Below are positions 36,517 through 44,997 of a stretch of 64,000 nucleotides of DNA, piece after piece; the first letter of the stretch is position 1, and each line of letters starts with the position of its first letter. Both the position numbers and the translations under genes were made by a program. The notes beneath the pieces are model-generated. The model was not told the DNA's origin and made no database searches. It saw only the letters and a list, made by a program, of their open reading frames with translations. The DNA is taken from NCBI GenBank assembly GCA_964353775.1, contig CAYGWB010000002.1, positions 5,185 through 69,184 on the forward strand, read 5' to 3'. Source of the stretch: an uncultured archaeon (GTDB taxonomy: Archaea; Aenigmatarchaeota; Aenigmatarchaeia; Aenigmatarchaeales; JAHLMS01).

Positions 36517-36963
36517 TCACTTTTTCAGTTCTCTTATCTCGGCCTCGAACCATTTTATGTTCGGGGCTGCCTCGTAGACCGAGGCGAACCGCACATAAGC
36601 TACCTCATCTAGCTTCTTAAGTCTTTTGAGCACAAGTTGGCCGATAAATTTCGTGCTGACCTCGGGCTTGCCCTTCGCGCGGATGTCGTTCTCTATCTGT
36701 TCGACGGTCTTCGCTATCTGTTCCGGCGTTATCGGCCTCTTCTCGCAGGCCTTTATCACGCCGCTCCTTATCTTTTCCAGAATGAAAGGCTGCGTGCTCC
36801 CGTCCTTCTTTACTACCCGCAGCTCAACGTCTGCCCTTTCGTATGTCGTGAACCTGTTCTTGCACTTCAGGCACTCCCTACGCCTTCTCGCAGCCGATCC
36901 GCCGTCCGTCAGACGCTTGTCTATCACGTGCGTTCGGACCGAAGAGCAGTAGGGACACTTCAT
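36517..36963 (-). CDS. nrdR: Transcriptional repressor NrdR
   Basis: 'MKCPYC...RRRRECLKC..RFTTYE', ATP cone, 'VAYVRFASVY'. Confidence 0.96.
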   Translation of the reverse strand: MKCPYCSSVRTHVIDKRLTDGGSAARRRRECLKCKNRFTTYERADVELRVVKKDGSTQPFILEKIRSGVIKACEKRPITPEQIAKTVEQIENDIRAKGKPEVSTKFIGQLVLKRLKKLDEVAYVRFASVYEAAPNIKWFEAEIRELKK

Positions 36964-36968
36964 AAAAC

Positions 36969-37016
36969 ACACAACCTATTGTGGTATTCGTACTTACAAT
37001 CCACAACAAATTGATT
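36969..37016. promoter_or_regulatory. Two tandem NrdR boxes 32 bp apart
   Basis: ACACAACCTATTGTGG (36969-36984) and CCACAACAAATTGATT (37001-37016) fit acaCwAtATaTwGtgt; they lie between the minus-strand TATA (about 37040-37048) and nrdR. Confidence 0.8.
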
Positions 37017-37076
37017 ATCCTACCTGAATTGCATAAGGTCTTATAAAAAGATTTCGGTGGCTGAAAATATATTTTC

Positions 37077-37952
37077 TCACTTCTCGCCGAGGACCCTCGC
37101 GGCCTCGTTGACAAGGTCTCTAATGCTGCGAACAGGTACTCCGGTCATTTCGGCCAGCTCTTCGGCCGGCCGTTTCATCAAATCCTTGACCAGCATCATA
37201 CTGGCGGCTGAAAATTTGTCCAGCATGGTCGGGTCGAGCGTGCGCAGCGACGTTATCGGGTAGAGGTTCTTGCTTTCCATAAGCACTTCCAGGCTGTTGC
37301 CTGAAGGATAACCCCATCCCAGCATAACTATGTTCTTGCAGTTCGCGTACTGGATCGCGTCCGTTGAGAATTTTGTGTTGGTCGCGAGCCACGGCTGGTC
37401 GAACCTCTGGCATTTGCCCTGGCGCCAACCGTCCTGCAGATCGAGGAAGCGCGCGTATGTGTACAGCGTCTCTTTCAGACCGGTGTAGATGCCGGTCGCG
37501 TGATGGAACTTGCACTCTATCATGTAATTCTTCAGCTGTGGTTCGGCCAGTTCGGTCGGCATCTTGATCGGCTTGGCCGCAATGATATCGATCTCATGCG
37601 TCACGCATGCGCCTTGTATCATCGAGTGCACGCGCGCAGAATAGCCGTGCTCTTTCAGCACTTCAGCGACTAGAGCCTCGAAAGCGAAGCCCGCCGGTCC
37701 CAGCCTCATTATCGCGCCTTTGAGGTCGTAGCGTGCGGCCACGTGCGGATGCTCGACATCCATGAGCTGCAACGCCAGTTCCAGAATCTCCCTGGTGCTC
37801 ATGCCGTCGTATACCTTGGCGGTCACTTTACTTACGATATTCTCCGCCAGTTCTATCGGTGCGCCAGCACGCAGACAGGTCTTCCTTATCTTTTCAGGAT
37901 CGAACGGGACCCTTTCTCCGCTCGCCTTGACTACAATTATTTGCTTGGCCAT
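37077..37952 (-). CDS. ATP-cone + Mrr-like PD-(D/E)xK endonuclease domain protein
   Basis: 'VVKASGERVPFDPEKI' cone; 'GFAFEALVA', 'HEIDI', 'IECKFH', 'TNTKFS'. Confidence 0.85.
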   Translation of the reverse strand: MAKQIIVVKASGERVPFDPEKIRKTCLRAGAPIELAENIVSKVTAKVYDGMSTREILELALQLMDVEHPHVAARYDLKGAIMRLGPAGFAFEALVAEVLKEHGYSARVHSMIQGACVTHEIDIIAAKPIKMPTELAEPQLKNYMIECKFHHATGIYTGLKETLYTYARFLDLQDGWRQGKCQRFDQPWLATNTKFSTDAIQYANCKNIVMLGWGYPSGNSLEVLMESKNLYPITSLRTLDPTMLDKFSAASMMLVKDLMKRPAEELAEMTGVPVRSIRDLVNEAARVLGEK

Positions 37953-37991
37953 CAAGAGAAAATTGACAAGCCTGATTAAAAAGAGTATCGC

Positions 37992-38330
37992 TCAGCAGGT
38001 CACGTGTATGAACGCGATGGCCTTCCTTCGCTTCGCGGCCTTGTTGAACTCCACGATCGCGAGCGGCGTATGCTTGACTATCAGCTCGACGCCCTGTACG
38101 CGTGCGAAGATTTCCGCTTCCGGTTCTACTTTCACGTTTCCGGCCGTACCGGTACCGATTACTATTACTTCCGGATCCCTCATCAGGAGCTCGTTCAGAT
38201 CAACCTTCGAGAAGGAATGGCTGCCGGACTTCATCTTTATGTCTCCGGTCCAGTCGATTATAACGTCGCTGTCGAACTTTCTGCCGTCCACTATTATTGA
38301 ACCAAAATAAGCGTTATCTATTTTAGGCAT
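37992..38330 (-). CDS. Mth938-like domain protein
   Basis: 'FGSIIVDG..F.SDVII', 'PEVIVIGTG', 'HVTC' end. Confidence 0.9.
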   Translation of the reverse strand: MPKIDNAYFGSIIVDGRKFDSDVIIDWTGDIKMKSGSHSFSKVDLNELLMRDPEVIVIGTGTAGNVKVEPEAEIFARVQGVELIVKHTPLAIVEFNKAAKRRKAIAFIHVTC

Positions 38331-38367
38331 GGTAATAAATTGCGTCTCAAAGATATAAGCCTTACGA

Positions 38368-38889
38368 CTAAATCTTGCACAGGCCCTTAATCGGCCATAT
38401 CTTGTTCTTGAGGAAGTGTTCGAATACGGAAGGTGCGACATCGTAGGCCACATGGAAGTCGAACAACGAATTGAGGCAGTATCCGAAGACTTCGCTTGCG
38501 GATTCGCTCATATCGACCATGTACTTGGCCGCTACCTTCTTGACCCGCATGTCCTGCAGAAGCAGGTGATTAAGGTCACTTTCCTTTTCAGAGTATCTGG
38601 TCAGCAGCGCTTTTTTGAATCCGGCGAGCGCAAGCAGCTTGTTCCTCATGTCCAAGGGCATGTCCATGTCTTTGATCTTTTCATGGTCGAACTTTGCCAC
38701 ATCAGTGGCCTCTTGTTCGGTGCCCCTAATGAAAGGTATCATGGCCAGACTTTCTATCTTTTTCAGGTCACGCTCGTACTGGATCAACACCTGTTTAAGA
38801 TCGCTATCAACAGAGACCAGGCCGCGCTTTATGCTGAGCATCTCGGTATAGCATTGGCAGAGCCCTTCAGAGTACTCCTGCTTCGGCAT
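38368..38889 (-). CDS. Hypothetical helical protein
   Basis: ORF fills the gap, TATA upstream. Confidence 0.6.
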   Translation of the reverse strand: MPKQEYSEGLCQCYTEMLSIKRGLVSVDSDLKQVLIQYERDLKKIESLAMIPFIRGTEQEATDVAKFDHEKIKDMDMPLDMRNKLLALAGFKKALLTRYSEKESDLNHLLLQDMRVKKVAAKYMVDMSESASEVFGYCLNSLFDFHVAYDVAPSVFEHFLKNKIWPIKGLCKI

Positions 38890-38968
38890 GGACAAAATTC
38901 GAAAGAAAACTATTTAAGCCGCACATGACCGGAAGGGCTTTTTATCCTTTTCTTTCCGTATCTATCGC

Positions 38969-40474
38969 ATGCCTTCACAGCTCAGTCCCGCTGAAATTGA
39001 AAAGGCTGCCAAGGCGCTAAAGGCGACCGGCGGCAAGACCATATCGGCGCTTGACTACCGCTTCCTGGTGCCGGAGCTGTTGGGCTACGTTTCCCATGAT
39101 GCTTTGCACAGGTATTCTTTGACAGCTATGCGGGCATACGTGGACACGCTAAAGATGTACAAGGATATCCCCGAGGACGCGGCCGACATTGTCATGGCGG
39201 CCTACACGCCCGAGAGGGTCCCTTGCAAGAAGGCCGATGCAATAGAGGAAAAGATAACAAAGCATGATGTAAGAGCGAAGGTGCGGGCCGCGCAGTCGGC
39301 CATACCAAGATCGATGCGCGGATGGGCGTACCTTGCGCCTACAAGCTTCGACCTGCTTGACACCGCAAAGGCGGCAGCATTGCGCGATGCGGGCATGGAG
39401 GTAATTCTTCCCGACGCCATCAAGTACGAACGCGCGCTGATCAAGCGCGTGGCTGAAATAGAAGAGGACGGCCCGCTGGTGATGATGGGCCGTACGCACA
39501 AGCAGCACGCGACCTGCACGACGTTCGGCCACGTGGTCGCAGAATGGCTCGGCGGCTTCCATCCGGCCATGGAAGAGTTCCACAGGAGCATGGGCATGCT
39601 GCGCGGCAAGTTCTCTGGATTCGTCGGCACGCGAGCTGCACAGAAACTGCTGTTCGAGATGAACCCGCGCACGATCTCGGGCAATGTCATGCTGCATATG
39701 AAGCTTTCCGAAGATCCGCTGACCGGCCAGGTCGTCCATCAGACGTACTTCTTTCCGTACTTTTCCAATCTCGTCCTGATGTCCGGAAATGTAGCGAAGT
39801 TCGCGGAGGACATCCGCAACTACAGCCAGACGGAAGTGGGCGAGATAGTCGAAGGCAAGCTGTCAACCGCTGTCGGCTCATCCACCGGCGCGCACAAGGC
39901 CAATCCGATCAATTCTGAAAACATCGGCGGACAGTGGCGGTCCATCGACGCCGACATAGTCAGCGTCTACAACGACATAATCACGGACTTCCAGCGCGAT
40001 TTGCGCAGCTCGGCCAATTCGCGGTTCTACGTCCCTGAGATACCTGCGAAGGCTACCTATGCAATCCGCAGGGCGACAGGACTGGCCGAGAAGTTCAACG
40101 TGCGGCGCAGCAAGATTGCCGAGAACATCGGACTTACAAAGGGGCAGGTGATTGCCGAGCCTCTTCAGCTCTATCTGCAGAAATGGACAGCTATGCAGGG
40201 CAAATTCATCGATGCCCACGATTATGTACGCAAACTGAGCAACAAGGCGCTGGACTCCGGCAAGACGCTGCAGGAGATGGCCAACGAGGACAAACTCATC
40301 GCAAAGATGTTCAAGGAGATTCCGAAGGAGAAGGTCGAAATAATTCTTAATCCTGTCAAATATATCGGCGAGGCGGACAGGGATGCACGCGTTTTCTTGA
40401 AGTATGTCGACAAATGCCTCTCCGGGCTCGAAGAAGAGATAGAAAAGCACAAGCAGTCCGTCGTATACATATGA
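38969..40474 (+). CDS. purB: Adenylosuccinate lyase, divergent
   Basis: 'ISALDYRF', 'TKHDV', 'GRTH.QHA..TTFG', 'GSS...HK.NP..SE', 'QRDL..S'. Confidence 0.8.
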   Translation: MPSQLSPAEIEKAAKALKATGGKTISALDYRFLVPELLGYVSHDALHRYSLTAMRAYVDTLKMYKDIPEDAADIVMAAYTPERVPCKKADAIEEKITKHDVRAKVRAAQSAIPRSMRGWAYLAPTSFDLLDTAKAAALRDAGMEVILPDAIKYERALIKRVAEIEEDGPLVMMGRTHKQHATCTTFGHVVAEWLGGFHPAMEEFHRSMGMLRGKFSGFVGTRAAQKLLFEMNPRTISGNVMLHMKLSEDPLTGQVVHQTYFFPYFSNLVLMSGNVAKFAEDIRNYSQTEVGEIVEGKLSTAVGSSTGAHKANPINSENIGGQWRSIDADIVSVYNDIITDFQRDLRSSANSRFYVPEIPAKATYAIRRATGLAEKFNVRRSKIAENIGLTKGQVIAEPLQLYLQKWTAMQGKFIDAHDYVRKLSNKALDSGKTLQEMANEDKLIAKMFKEIPKEKVEIILNPVKYIGEADRDARVFLKYVDKCLSGLEEEIEKHKQSVVYI

Positions 40475-40475
40475 T

Positions 40476-40551
40476 TGGTAGCCCCGGTAGGATTCGAACC
40501 TACGTCCGCTGCTCCAGAGGCAGCTATCCTTGGCCGCTAGACGACGGGGCT
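40476..40551 (-). tRNA. tRNA-Gln(CTG), CCA encoded
   Basis: Acceptor AGCCCCG/CGGGGCT, anticodon arm GCTGC-CT-CTG-GA-GCAGC, TTCGAAT, ACCA end. Confidence 0.96.
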
Positions 40552-40588
40552 GAAGCTAGATAGGTTAGAAGAGTATTTAAAAAATCCT

Positions 40589-41131
40589 CTACGCGACTAT
40601 CTGCTGGCTGATTCTGAGCGCGGCTTCCCTGCCCATGAGCTGCTCGACTATCTTCAATGCGAACGCTATGGACGTTCCCGGTCCCTGGCTTGTCACGATG
40701 TTGCCGTCCACGACGACGCGGTCGGACCTCGGCCGGTCGAATCCTTTCTCTAGGCCAGGATAGGCGGTCGCTTTCTTGTCCGCGAGTATTCCTAGCTTGT
40801 GCAGGATCGGCGGTGCGGCGCATATTGCTCCGATGAACTTGCCGTTCTTCGCAAAGTCCTGCAGAGTCTTTGTCAGCGTCGGCATCTTGCCCAGGATGTC
40901 CACGGCGGCCGTTCCACCGGGCAGAATTATCCCGTCGAACTTGTTCAGGTCCTCGTCCAGAAGCCTCGTGTCAGCGTGCATTCGGACCTTGGAGACCGAA
41001 GTCACCAGGTTGCCGGATATTCCGGCCGTCACGATATTGACACCTGCGCGTCGCAGTATGTCCACGACAGCGAGGGCCTCTATGTCCTCGAATCCGTCAG
41101 CTAGCGGCATCAAAATTTTTGGCATAATCAT
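40589..41131 (-). CDS. DJ-1/PfpI (YajL-like) protein
   Basis: 'GFEDIE', 'LPGG', 'AICAAP', 'TSQGPG'. Confidence 0.93.
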   Translation of the reverse strand: MIMPKILMPLADGFEDIEALAVVDILRRAGVNIVTAGISGNLVTSVSKVRMHADTRLLDEDLNKFDGIILPGGTAAVDILGKMPTLTKTLQDFAKNGKFIGAICAAPPILHKLGILADKKATAYPGLEKGFDRPRSDRVVVDGNIVTSQGPGTSIAFALKIVEQLMGREAALRISQQIVA

Positions 41132-41182
41132 CTACCTCCATATGAAAATGTTGTTTAGAATGAGATGCGTAAGCTGATAAAT

Positions 41183-41689
41183 TTAACGTTTCATGGCCGC
41201 TATGAAGGCATCCATGAATTCTGTCGTATGACCGGTGCTCGACGCCGTTATTATATTGCCGTCCGTTTCGACCGGCGCGCCCGTGTACTGTCCGTACATG
41301 CTCATCACGTCGCGTTCGGTCGGCCTGGCGGTCACCCTCTTTCCTCTAATTATCTGGGCGTGCGCGAGTATGGTCGGCGACAGACCGATTGCGCCGACCG
41401 GCTTTCCGGCCTCGAAGAACTCCTTGGCGAGCTGTAGCGCACGGCGGTTCGTGATGTAGGCCGCCGCGCCCGTGCCGCCTATGAAGATTATTCCCTGGAA
41501 GCTCTTGCTGTCCACGTGATAGAAGTCGCCGTGCGGCGTTATCACGCTGCCGCGCTCTCCCTTTGTGGCCTGGCCCGTGCTGTTGACTATCATTACCTCG
41601 ATGTTGGCCTTCAGCAGCATGCTTGTTATTATCACCAGCTGCTTGTCGTTGAAGTCGTACGGCGCGACCACTACGAGCACTCTTGTCAT
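41183..41689 (-). CDS. DJ-1/PfpI paralog lacking the catalytic Cys
   Basis: 'FIGGTGA', 'GAIGLSP' (Cys replaced by Gly), 'DGNIITA'. Confidence 0.85.
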   Translation of the reverse strand: MTRVLVVVAPYDFNDKQLVIITSMLLKANIEVMIVNSTGQATKGERGSVITPHGDFYHVDSKSFQGIIFIGGTGAAAYITNRRALQLAKEFFEAGKPVGAIGLSPTILAHAQIIRGKRVTARPTERDVMSMYGQYTGAPVETDGNIITASSTGHTTEFMDAFIAAMKR

Positions 41690-41768
41690 GCAACTTAGTT
41701 CGCGGGTCAACTTGAAAAAGTTAAGCTTTTTAAGGTTCGGTAACAAGGGTTTTGGCAGGTGATATTTG

Positions 41769-42206
41769 ATGCCAATAGTGGGTCTGGTACTGCGCACGAT
41801 CTCAGCGACAAGAAATATCGATATCGAAGGCGGAGTCAAGGTCAGCAATAACACCAACATACGAGAAGTGAAAGAGAGCGACATGGGCCTGATCGGCAAG
41901 AAGGGGCTCGTCGTTTCATTCGATTTCAAGACAGTCTACGAATCGGAAAAAATGAAGAAGAGCTTTGCCGAACTGAATATCAGCGGCGACGTGCTTATCA
42001 TCGAGGACAAGTACAAGGACGTATTGGACGGATGGAAGAAGAACAAGAAGCTTCCGGACAAGATGAACATTGCTATCGTCAATACGGTTCTTAGGCGCTG
42101 CCTGACGGAAGGACTGGTTCTCAGCGAGAAGCTGAACCTGCCGCCGCCAATGGTATTGCCGTTCGCATCTGACAAGCCGCCGGAAGACAGCAGATACATT
42201 GGTTAA
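41769..42206 (+). CDS. Conserved-looking archaeal protein, possible SecB-like fold
   Basis: Beta-strand-rich N-terminus, helix, C-terminal 'LNLPPPMVLP'. Confidence 0.6.
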   Translation: MPIVGLVLRTISATRNIDIEGGVKVSNNTNIREVKESDMGLIGKKGLVVSFDFKTVYESEKMKKSFAELNISGDVLIIEDKYKDVLDGWKKNKKLPDKMNIAIVNTVLRRCLTEGLVLSEKLNLPPPMVLPFASDKPPEDSRYIG

Positions 42207-42217
42207 GCGTTAGAAAA

Positions 42218-42787
42218 CTATCTGACTATTTCAGAAAGTATCTTGTAAGCCTTAGGCGTGTCGATATCCCTGACGACCAGCATCGTATCGCGCCACGCCG
42301 AGCTCATGTGAATTATGTTGACGTTTTCGGCGGCGAGCCTCTGCATGATGTAGGATATGACCCCCGGGACTTTCTCTATCTCAGCTGGACTGGACAATAA
42401 AATCAGGTCGAGATTCCTCTCCACCCTCTTGGAAGCTCCGGGTGCCTTGGCCTCCTCGAGAACACTGACCCAACCGTTCGGGCCACGTACTGATGCAATC
42501 GCATTCTCCATCCTTTCCTTGGATATAACTACGACGACCTTTGCCTTCACATCGAGCTCGCTGTTTCTCATCAAAGACAGAACTTTTGATTCGACGCCGC
42601 GCTTTTCCTTTCCAAGTTTTCTGGCCATCCTTATGAGCGCCGCCTTGACGGCGACCTCGCTGCCTTTTATTTCCCTATTGGCGATGCGGGCCAGGGCCGA
42701 GTGATTGATGACACCCTTCTCCAAGGCCTCCTGAATATACGGCCTCCTCTTTACCCAGAGCCAGGCCAGCTCGGCTACCTTTGTCAT
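42218..42787 (-). CDS. ACT-domain regulatory protein
   Basis: 'GVINHSALAR' N-domain; 'PGVISYIMQRLAAENVNII..SS...DTML' ACT. Confidence 0.85.
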   Translation of the reverse strand: MTKVAELAWLWVKRRPYIQEALEKGVINHSALARIANREIKGSEVAVKAALIRMARKLGKEKRGVESKVLSLMRNSELDVKAKVVVVISKERMENAIASVRGPNGWVSVLEEAKAPGASKRVERNLDLILLSSPAEIEKVPGVISYIMQRLAAENVNIIHMSSAWRDTMLVVRDIDTPKAYKILSEIVR

Positions 42788-42873
42788 ATATGTAACATTA
42801 TTGTCACAAGTAAATATAAATGTAACGATAACAGCATACCTAGCTTCTGTACAATACTTGTTAGGTGATTTGA

Positions 42874-43506
42874 ATGACAGAAAAGTTTTCATATATCGTT
42901 GAAGACAGCATCAAATATGCTGTGAAACATTTACATGACGGAGTAATAGAACTGTCCGATCTGGAGATCGACAACAAATCATATGCCGTAATGTTGGTAG
43001 AAGCCGCTCGCGGATATGTTAAACATAAACTCCATGATAAGCCGGTGCAACATATAGAATTCAAGAACAATGGAAAGTTCGGGAAGGTGACGTACTGGAT
43101 ATGGGGCTCAACGCCCTATGTCAACATCAATGTTGATGAGCTGAAGGGTTTGGGCCTGGAGAACATCGAGACGGTGGACCCCGATAAAATCTCTGAAAAG
43201 GGCGTGCTGATGAAAAAACTATTAAACGATCTGAAAACCCAGGCCGTCGGTAAAGGACATATCGGAAAGGAGATAGACAAAGCTGAAAAAATAAAAGATA
43301 TTAAGTGGTACTCTATCTCAGCCGGGTTGATACAAAACAATTTTGGCATATGCGAACCTGAAGATTTGCCAAGTAAATATCCGGGGTATCCGTTCAATAT
43401 AAACTACCAGCTTGACGTTTATCTGTGCAAAGGTGTTTGGGAAGGCCTGGGTGTGGAAGTGCTGAAGAAGGCCGGGTTCACTCTACCTGAGCCGAAGAAA
43501 ATCTAG
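42874..43506 (+). CDS. Hypothetical protein (AT-rich)
   Basis: 210-aa ORF with AGGTGA RBS. Confidence 0.65.
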   Translation: MTEKFSYIVEDSIKYAVKHLHDGVIELSDLEIDNKSYAVMLVEAARGYVKHKLHDKPVQHIEFKNNGKFGKVTYWIWGSTPYVNINVDELKGLGLENIETVDPDKISEKGVLMKKLLNDLKTQAVGKGHIGKEIDKAEKIKDIKWYSISAGLIQNNFGICEPEDLPSKYPGYPFNINYQLDVYLCKGVWEGLGVEVLKKAGFTLPEPKKI

Positions 43507-43832
43507 GCGAGTTTGAGTCCGTTCTTTACTTTTCTTTCCGGCTGGGCGAGCACTACGTCTCCGTTTTCCAACACGAAGCCTGTCGTGAGAACCTCGGACC
43601 TGAAATCGGCTATCTGCTTCGGCGGGAAGTTGGTGACACATATCACCTGCCTGCCGAGCAGCTCGTCTTTCTTGTACAGCTTGGTTATCTGCGCACTGGA
43701 CTGCTTGACGCCCAGTTCGCCGAGGTCTATCCACAGCTTGTAGGCCGGAACCTTGGCCTTCGGGAAGTCCTCCACGCGGACGACCGTTCCGACGCGGATG
43801 CCGGCCTTCTCGAAGTCTTCCCAGGTTATCAT
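43503..43832 (-). CDS. csaA: CsaA/Trbp111 tRNA-binding chaperone
   Basis: 'ITWEDF...IRVGT', 'SSAQIT', 'NFPPKQI..F.SEVL'. Confidence 0.93.
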   Translation of the reverse strand: MITWEDFEKAGIRVGTVVRVEDFPKAKVPAYKLWIDLGELGVKQSSAQITKLYKKDELLGRQVICVTNFPPKQIADFRSEVLTTGFVLENGDVVLAQPERKVKNGLKLA

Positions 43833-44104
43833 CACTCGAGCCTCTTGATTATATGCCAGCCGAACTGGGTCTTCACCGGACCGGATAGCTGACCTTTCTG
43901 AAGAGCGAAGGCCGCTGTCTCGAATTCTCGGACCATCTTTCCACGTCCGAACGTTCCCAGGTCCCCGCCCTTCCTGCCCGACGGACACATTGATTTTTCA
44001 GCCGCTATCCTTGAGAAGTTTCCGCCCATCTGCAGCTGCTTCAGTATGTCCTTGGCCTCCTGCTCCGTCTTCACCAGTATATGCGCGCAATGTGCACTGT
44101 CCAT
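43832..44104 (-). CDS. ppiC: Parvulin-type peptidyl-prolyl isomerase
   Basis: 'HILVK', 'CPSG..GGDLG.F', '[11 protein letters not shown]'. Confidence 0.95.
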   Translation of the reverse strand: MDSAHCAHILVKTEQEAKDILKQLQMGGNFSRIAAEKSMCPSGRKGGDLGTFGRGKMVREFETAAFALQKGQLSGPVKTQFGWHIIKRLE

Positions 44105-44199
44105 ATTATCACCTCATTTTGCTGATTAACATTATGAAATAAGAATTTAAAAAATAGAGCTACCGCTAGGAGAAGTTAGTATATTTCTACAGAAATCTA

Positions 44200-44373
44200 C
44201 TAGAACCTTCTCTTTTTTGCGAAACACTCTCTGCAAAAGACTGGCTTGCCTTCTGTGGGCTTGAAAGGAACTTCGCATTCCTTCTGGCACTCAGAACAGA
44301 TAGCCTTGTGCATTTCCCTGGGTCCGCGATCAAAGCTTCTGTCGCCGCCGAATCGTCTTTCTCCGAATGGCAT
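44200..44373 (-). CDS. CxxC-x17-CxxC domain protein, copy 1
   Basis: 'PREMHKAICSEC..ECEVPFKP..GKPVFCRECF'. Confidence 0.92.
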   Translation of the reverse strand: MPFGERRFGGDRSFDRGPREMHKAICSECQKECEVPFKPTEGKPVFCRECFAKKRRF

Positions 44374-44487
44374 ATTTATTTCCTCCTGAATCAAGTGCTG
44401 TACGAGAGTTTATAAAGGTATATTCAGCTATTGTCGCAGGTCGGCAGTGAACAATCAGTATAAATCCTTTTTCATTCATTTCTGGGC

Positions 44488-44997
44488 ATGCCGGTTATTG
44501 TCCGTGTAATAACAGACCCAAAATATGACGTGAAGGGCGAGGGAAAAAAGAATTATATTCAAAATAAACTCGGTATACCTGTCACCAACGTTTCTTCCCG
44601 ACATCTGTACGTCATAGATGGGCTGTCAATCAAGGAGCAGGCAAAGGTGGCCGCGAAAAAGCTCCTGGCGGACAAGGTCGCGGAATATTTCGAGATATTC
44701 GAGGCCGATAATAAAGAAATCTATAGCCAGCCGGCAGTGCCCATCGGTGCGAAGGGCCCGTGGCTCGTTTGGATCGGGTACAAGACCCAGCCGCTCGTGC
44801 TGGACGCGTGGGGGGACACGACGAAGAAAGTGATGAAAGATCTTGGCATACATGCGAAGTCTGTGAAGCACATGGAGGAGTTCCTGATCGAGGGCGAGCT
44901 TGACATGACTCAGATAGATACGATATGCAGGGAGAAGCTAGCTGATGGAAAAGTTCAGGACTTCACTTACAGACCAGTGAGGGATAACGATGTCTGA
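44488..44997 (+). CDS. purS: PurS-like FGAM synthase subunit (tandem domain)
   Basis: Two repeats 'D..G...' ending 'LLAD.VAE' and 'LAD..VQ'; directly upstream of purL. Confidence 0.7.
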   Translation: MPVIVRVITDPKYDVKGEGKKNYIQNKLGIPVTNVSSRHLYVIDGLSIKEQAKVAAKKLLADKVAEYFEIFEADNKEIYSQPAVPIGAKGPWLVWIGYKTQPLVLDAWGDTTKKVMKDLGIHAKSVKHMEEFLIEGELDMTQIDTICREKLADGKVQDFTYRPVRDNDV

